Part shown: piece by piece, positions 59,092 through 64,000 of the stretch
Position numbering within the stretch: the first letter of the stretch is position 1
How the letters are laid out: each line of letters begins with the position of its first letter
Assembly: GCA_034521515.1 (NCBI GenBank)
Contig: JAXHMH010000002.1
Location: forward strand, 640,444 to 704,443
Length of the DNA: 64,000 nucleotides
DNA from: Candidatus Saccharimonadota bacterium
GTDB lineage: Bacteria > Patescibacteriota > Saccharimonadia > Saccharimonadales > JAXHMH01
Direction of reading: 5' to 3'
Translations under genes and position numbers: made by a program
Notes under the pieces: model-generated
What the model was told of the DNA's origin: nothing
Database searches by the model: none
Seen by the model: the letters and a program-made list of their open reading frames with translations, nothing else

Positions 59092-59736
59092 ATGAAAAAC
59101 ATACATAAAAATCAAACCGGGTTTTCGCCGGTACATATTGTTGCCATTGTGGTACTGGTTGGAGTGATTGGCTTTGTGATAGGTAACGTGGTTAACACGC
59201 AGCGCAAAAACCAGGCCAGCCAACAAGCAGCAGAGCAAGCCCAGCTTGATTCAAAATTTGCCCAAGCTGCTGAGAAAGATTTGGCACTAGCAGAGCAAAG
59301 CGAGGAAAAAACAGAATCTGAGAAAACAGAAGATGAAACTACGCAGGACGAACCAAAGAAGACAAGCGGCACAACCGAAACCGTAAAGAAGAAACCAACT
59401 GACACAACTACTGATAAGGACAAAAAAGAAAACGAAGACCCAGATTACTATAAATTCAGCCTGACTGGTCTATCAGCAGAAAAATCCGGTAGCAATGTAG
59501 TAGTATCGGCTAGCCTGGACAAATCTCGCAGCGGTAAATGTAAACTTTATATGAAGAAAAAATCTGATACGAGTGTTAAAAAGTATTACGAAACGACAAT
59601 TTCTAGCCAAAGTACCTGCAGCCTTAATGCTCCCCTCGCGGATGTAGAGGGTGAATTGTGGCATTACTATATGGAGTATCACAACGATAAGAAAACAGTA
59701 AAAGCCAACACTGACTGGAAAGACCTGAGTATCTAA
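59092..59736 (+). CDS. Membrane-anchored hypothetical protein
   Basis: 214 aa with an N-terminal TM helix, a Lys/Glu/Thr-rich linker and a small C-terminal domain containing a Cys pair. Confidence 0.5.
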   Translation: MKNIHKNQTGFSPVHIVAIVVLVGVIGFVIGNVVNTQRKNQASQQAAEQAQLDSKFAQAAEKDLALAEQSEEKTESEKTEDETTQDEPKKTSGTTETVKKKPTDTTTDKDKKENEDPDYYKFSLTGLSAEKSGSNVVVSASLDKSRSGKCKLYMKKKSDTSVKKYYETTISSQSTCSLNAPLADVEGELWHYYMEYHNDKKTVKANTDWKDLSI

Positions 59737-59753
59737 ATAATACTCGACTAAGT

Positions 59754-60194
59754 CTATACGCTTTTGTTGGCAGAAATATTGTCTTTCAGACCATCGAGCG
59801 CGACAACCCAAGTAGGTGCTTCATATGTCGATGCATCAGCTGAGTAATCCGCTTTTTCTTGCCTGTCGAGTGTTGCAAGCTCCTCTGTTTTTACAAATCC
59901 AAATAACCATTTTTTGAAACTACCGTATTCGAATACGTCATCTATTGGTAAAGAATCGCGGGTAATTACAACCAGTGAGGGGACTTCGATGTAATCTGTG
60001 TTTTGACCGAACCATACAGCAGCTTTGCTCCCTGATGTAACGGCTATTGGGGTGGCTTTTTCGTGTACGTGATATCGCTCAAAGAAATCATGGTACATTC
60101 CTGAGCCCTCCTCTAGAAGTTTAAAAGGTATTTCAGGTGTGAACTGAGCGTCTAGGGTAAAAGTCTCTGGCGAAAGCCTATCGATTTGTGTCAT
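59754..60194 (-). CDS. Hypothetical protein
   Basis: 146-aa ORF with no motif recognised. Confidence 0.45.
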   Translation of the reverse strand: MTQIDRLSPETFTLDAQFTPEIPFKLLEEGSGMYHDFFERYHVHEKATPIAVTSGSKAAVWFGQNTDYIEVPSLVVITRDSLPIDDVFEYGSFKKWLFGFVKTEELATLDRQEKADYSADASTYEAPTWVVALDGLKDNISANKSV

Positions 60195-60320
60195 GGCAAC
60201 ACAGTAATATCAGTGCAGAATTTATTCAAGCGTAAGTGTAAATCTTTTTTCAAAATGTAGATACTTCGTGGTATTTTATAAGTAGTTTTGGTAACTTAGC
60301 GGCGTAAGCGGGGGCTATGA

Positions 60321-60974
60321 ATGAAACACGTATACACTGATTCTAGGGGTGGTCTGCATCCAGTACACCTCATTATTATATGTATTATTATCATGTTATT
60401 GGCTGCCTTTGGTTGGTGGTTATGGCAACGTAACGAGCCACAACCTATTGAAGAGTCGGCGGAAGAAACCTCTATACAAGTAGACTCGGATGAGGAGCCA
60501 GACGAGGCAGCTCCAGAAGAAGAACCAGCAACACGCATTGCGGTGTCTGAGAGCGGTGGTTTTGAGGTAATGATACCGGAAGCCTGGCTTGATACGACGT
60601 GTGATGGAGTCGATTCGCTGTTTGTTGCGCCAAACGATGATTTATTAGGTGTGTGCGCAAGTGAGTTCGGAGGCTTGATATCTATCACTAAGACATCCGG
60701 TGATCGGCGTTATGAAGAAACGGCGTTCATGGCACGAACCGATATCAATGACCAAAGTTTCTTGGTAACTGAGCTTGACGGAATGCCAGCAACCCGAGCT
60801 GTCTATACACAATCTGAGGAACCGATAGTTGGCCCGCCGATTGGCACGCAGTACGTTAGTGTGGTGGCATTTGACGGTACCGACAGCTACATATTGACCT
60901 ACACTCAATATCCTGACTGGGGCAATTACCAACTGGAGTTTGAGGAAATTGTCAGCAGTTTTAGTAGAGACTAG
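60321..60974 (+). CDS. Membrane-anchored hypothetical protein
   Basis: 217 aa with an N-terminal TM helix, an acidic linker and a globular C-terminal domain. Confidence 0.5.
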   Translation: MKHVYTDSRGGLHPVHLIIICIIIMLLAAFGWWLWQRNEPQPIEESAEETSIQVDSDEEPDEAAPEEEPATRIAVSESGGFEVMIPEAWLDTTCDGVDSLFVAPNDDLLGVCASEFGGLISITKTSGDRRYEETAFMARTDINDQSFLVTELDGMPATRAVYTQSEEPIVGPPIGTQYVSVVAFDGTDSYILTYTQYPDWGNYQLEFEEIVSSFSRD

Positions 60975-61228
60975 AGCTTTATGTCTAATAACCGCCCAAG
61001 TAGGAGTGTCGGTTCATTAGTTGCTGCATAAGATTCGATACCACTTGAAGGTACTTGAGTTTCCGTATAATTGGGTTCAATAGGTTTACGTGTCGGTTGA
61101 GGTGTAGGTTTAGGTTGTCGCTCGCTCCATAGACGGGCAACAGTTGAATTGTCGGTAATCTGCTTCTCAAGATAGGGTGACAGTGGTTCAGATAGGTTGA
61201 TAACTTCATCCGGGTACACAGATTCCAT
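60971..61228 (-). CDS. Hypothetical small protein
   Basis: 85-aa ORF. A competing overlapping frame (60985-61263) makes this call uncertain. Confidence 0.3.
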   Translation of the reverse strand: MESVYPDEVINLSEPLSPYLEKQITDNSTVARLWSERQPKPTPQPTRKPIEPNYTETQVPSSGIESYAATNEPTLLLGRLLDIKL

Positions 61229-61306
61229 AATATCATATTAACATAATATTCAAAACTAGTCAATGCTACGTTTGCACAATAGTGTTATAAATGTTATAAT
61301 ACACTT

Positions 61307-61669
61307 ATGAGTGAAAAAGAGTTATTTGACTTAGTTGAATACTTTAAAAACGTTGACAATCGAGTGCACGAAACGGATCTTAATGAAGGGCAACATTACT
61401 GGCTTACTGAGCTTTTAGGTAATAATAAACTTCGTATAAATCCGGACGAGTGTGTCTCTAGAACCCTAACCATTATTCGATCAGTAAAAGTGTTGCAAAA
61501 CGAAATATTTGACGTAGAGTTTTCTATGATTGAACCAGACCAAGAGGGTTCGATGTCGTTGAACTTTCAAATGAAGGACGGACTCTTCGTACCTAACGAG
61601 AACTGTAAAATAACAAATGCTGGATTAAATATTTGTGAAGCCTATTTCATTCCGGTAGAAGAAGCATAA
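61307..61669 (+). CDS. Hypothetical protein
   Basis: 120-aa ORF with no motif recognised. Confidence 0.4.
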   Translation: MSEKELFDLVEYFKNVDNRVHETDLNEGQHYWLTELLGNNKLRINPDECVSRTLTIIRSVKVLQNEIFDVEFSMIEPDQEGSMSLNFQMKDGLFVPNENCKITNAGLNICEAYFIPVEEA

Positions 61670-61717
61670 GAAGTAAACGGCGTTTCGCCGTAAGTTAGAT
61701 GCGCTATACTTAAGTGT

Positions 61718-62860
61718 ATGGGCAAACTAAAAAACGTTTTACTAGTGCTGGGGTTAGTGATATTACTAGCAGGTATTGGCTGGTATTTTTCTAGGGAGTG
61801 GCTAATGCAGCAATTTTTTAGTCCGTCAGATTCGGCGACAACAGAAGGCGTGAGTGAAGTTTCAGACAGACAGCAATCAGAGATTGAAGTGATAGCGACG
61901 AGCCTAGATGTTCCCTGGGAAGTTTTGCAATTACCTAGCGGCGACTTACTGGTGACTGAGCGTAGCGGGAACCTGGTGAGGATAGGTCAAGGCGAGCAGA
62001 GGTATAAAATTGATGGCGTAGCTCACCGTGGTGAGGGCGGTCTTTTAGGTATGGCGCTGCACCCAGAGTTTGAGGGCAACCAGCAAATTTATTTGTACAT
62101 GACAACCGAGACAGCAGGTGGTTTGACCAACCGAGTTGAACGGTATAAATATAACGAGAACGGATTGAGTGAACGTACTAGTATCCTAGAAGGTATCCCT
62201 GGCGCCTCTTATCACGATGGCGGACGGATTGCTTTTGGGCCGGATGGATACCTGTATATAACCACTGGCGATGCTGGCGATACGGCACTTGCGCAAAGTA
62301 CAAGCTCGCTGGCAGGCAAAATACTACGGGTCGATGAAAACGGCGAGATACCTGATGACAACCCGTTCGGTAATGCCGTGCATAGCTATGGTCACCGTAA
62401 CCCTCAGGGCATTGCCTGGGATGATCAGGGAAGGATGTGGTCAAGCGAACACGGCCGGTCGGGAAGATTGTCCGGGATGGACGAGCTAAATCTGATTGAG
62501 CGTGGAGTTAACTATGGTTGGCCGGTGATTGAGGGCGATGAAACGCGTGAAGGTATGCAAGCTCCTGTGATTCATTCCGGATCGGACGTGACATGGGCTC
62601 CGGCCAGCTTGACATATTGGGATGGCTCACTCTTTTTTGGTGGACTACGCGGGGTGACGCTTTATGAAGCGAGGCTTGGCGAGGGTGAATCTGTTGATTT
62701 GCAGGCTCATCTGCGGGACGAATACGGCAGGATACGAGCGGTGACTGTCATCTATAACGACCAGCTCTACATCACCACATCCAACACTGACGGTCGGGGT
62801 GTTGAACGGTCGGGTGATGATAAGTTGATACGCATAAGCGGCGGCGTGTTTCGTGACTGA
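61718..62860 (+). CDS. PQQ-dependent (soluble) sugar dehydrogenase / sorbosone dehydrogenase family beta-propeller
   Basis: Has a signal anchor and the blocks PWEV..LPSGDLLVTERSGNLVRI, GEGGLLGMALHPEF, HDGGRIAFGPDGYLYITTGD, HRNPQGIAWD and GWP. Confidence 0.8.
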   Translation: MGKLKNVLLVLGLVILLAGIGWYFSREWLMQQFFSPSDSATTEGVSEVSDRQQSEIEVIATSLDVPWEVLQLPSGDLLVTERSGNLVRIGQGEQRYKIDGVAHRGEGGLLGMALHPEFEGNQQIYLYMTTETAGGLTNRVERYKYNENGLSERTSILEGIPGASYHDGGRIAFGPDGYLYITTGDAGDTALAQSTSSLAGKILRVDENGEIPDDNPFGNAVHSYGHRNPQGIAWDDQGRMWSSEHGRSGRLSGMDELNLIERGVNYGWPVIEGDETREGMQAPVIHSGSDVTWAPASLTYWDGSLFFGGLRGVTLYEARLGEGESVDLQAHLRDEYGRIRAVTVIYNDQLYITTSNTDGRGVERSGDDKLIRISGGVFRD

Positions 62861-62914
62861 ACTACTAAGAGGTCTTTATTAGCAGCAGCATAAGAGTTAT
62901 AATTGCGGCACGTA

Positions 62915-63472
62915 ATGTCAAATAAACAAAATCAAGTTAATCGGCTGCAAGCCAGTGTCGTTGGAATCGGGCGAGTGCATTTTGCGTTTATCGCTATCTT
63001 GGCGGCGCAAATCGTGGTTTATGATGCTTGGGGGTTAATAACCCCGCAGATGGTGTTACACCGCTGGATAGCGGTCGCCGGACTTTTTGTGGCGGTAACA
63101 GTGGTGTGGTATTTAGCAAAAGTGCTAAAAAAGCGCAGCGTAGCTTTGTATACAAGTCTAACCTTCGCGCTCATTACGGCTGATCTCCTGTTCGTATCGT
63201 TTTATGTATATTTTCAGCGCGGCATGGCCAGTCGGGCAGTTGTCTTGTATTTGATACCAATTATTGTGTCAATGCTACTGCTTAGTAGATCGGCAATATT
63301 TGCCACCGCTGCATTAGCGGTCGCTGCCTATGTCACAACTGCAGTGGCCTATTTTGTCATGAATTTTAACGAGGGCTACAAGGTAGAGCTATACGGCGAA
63401 GTCGGCTTTTATGCGGCTTTGTTTTTAATTGTCGCTTCACTACTATGGGTAATTATTAGGCCAAAAAGATGA
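62915..63472 (+). CDS. Membrane protein, function unknown
   Basis: About 185 aa with 5 hydrophobic helices. The start is uncertain (62903 or 62915). Confidence 0.5.
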   Translation: MSNKQNQVNRLQASVVGIGRVHFAFIAILAAQIVVYDAWGLITPQMVLHRWIAVAGLFVAVTVVWYLAKVLKKRSVALYTSLTFALITADLLFVSFYVYFQRGMASRAVVLYLIPIIVSMLLLSRSAIFATAALAVAAYVTTAVAYFVMNFNEGYKVELYGEVGFYAALFLIVASLLWVIIRPKR

Positions 63473-63858
63473 TTGATATTAGCGACGAAGCGTTTGAAAA
63501 GATGGTCACGGATGCTATTGATGATATTCCGGAGCATTACGGGAACTTTATCAAGAATGTTGGCTTTGTGGTTGAGGACGAACCGTCACCTGAGCAACGC
63601 GAGCGGCTGCATCTTCATCACGGTGTCACGTTATTTGGGCTATACGAAGGAGTGCCGTTGACACAGCGCAACAATAACTACAGCGGCGTACTGCCAGATA
63701 AAATAACGATATTTAAACGACCCATGCAACACCAGGCGTGGACATACGAGGAATTAGAAAAGACCGTAAAAAACACTGTTTGGCACGAGGTGGCGCACTA
63801 CTTTGGCTTGGATCACGACAGGATTTATCGATTAGAAGGTAAAGACAGAAAACATTAG
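63469..63858 (+). CDS. Small zinc metallopeptidase-fold protein (DUF1025-like)
   Basis: 129 aa with the C-terminal motif VWHEVAHYFGLDHDRI (HExxH...D) and the upstream block LFGLYEGVPLT.R. Confidence 0.7.
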   Translation: MIDISDEAFEKMVTDAIDDIPEHYGNFIKNVGFVVEDEPSPEQRERLHLHHGVTLFGLYEGVPLTQRNNNYSGVLPDKITIFKRPMQHQAWTYEELEKTVKNTVWHEVAHYFGLDHDRIYRLEGKDRKH

Positions 63859-64000
63859 TCTGTGCCGGTGTTTGTTTAGTCAGAGAAAACGCGCTAAAAT
63901 GCTTGTGATTACACAAAATAAATAATAAACATGACAAAAAATCACTATATTCGGTTTAGGCCAGGACCAACACTACAGCTTTTCATGGCGATGATTCTGT

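Noticed and set aside
63931-64000. Possible start of another plus-strand gene at the window edge (MTKNHYIRFRPGPTLQLFMAMIL..).
   Set aside because: Only 23 codons are visible, which is too little to support a call.

Overview
The window looks like a small-genome bacterium, probably Patescibacteria/CPR and Saccharibacteria-like. That placement is inferred from gene content alone. The genetic code is standard, because TGA ends several conserved genes. All calls come from motif recognition by eye; no searches were run.

Positions 1-42 kb are mostly housekeeping genes: htpX, ligA, a murF-like/ddl/class IV aminotransferase cluster, leuS, rpmF, nusB, rnc, rpsP, a KH protein, trmD, pcm and mgtE. This stretch also holds ion transporters, a redox/metal cluster (SodC, cupredoxin, rhodanese, glutaredoxin, flavoprotein, disulfide reductase) and many membrane-anchored hypotheticals.

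Positions 43.1-57.5 kb look like an integrase-less accessory island abutting tRNA-Gln(CUG). It contains:
- a recurring hairpin-plus-structured repeat family that splits it into modules
- decayed genes and tRNA 3'-end relics
- a candidate two-gene defence operon (a protein with an RNASTH HEPN-like motif plus a DUF4238-like protein)
- an arsR-arsD-arsA operon with no arsenite permease, extended by a catalytically dead ArsC/LMW-PTP-like::YlbF-like fusion and a second YlbF-like protein

Other notable loci:
- a composite tRNA locus at 4.36-4.84 kb: a tRNA 5' half, then 18-bp direct repeats bracketing a start-less GIY-YIG ORF and an intact tRNA-Ala(GGC), then a second tRNA-like CCA end
- a PaaX/Cas2-fold regulator flanked by ~40-bp palindromes, sitting between the KH gene and trmD
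- YAGTACN heptad arrays at three sites
- a P-type ATPase with a disrupted 5' end

No CRISPR array, rRNA or recognisable transposase/integrase was seen.
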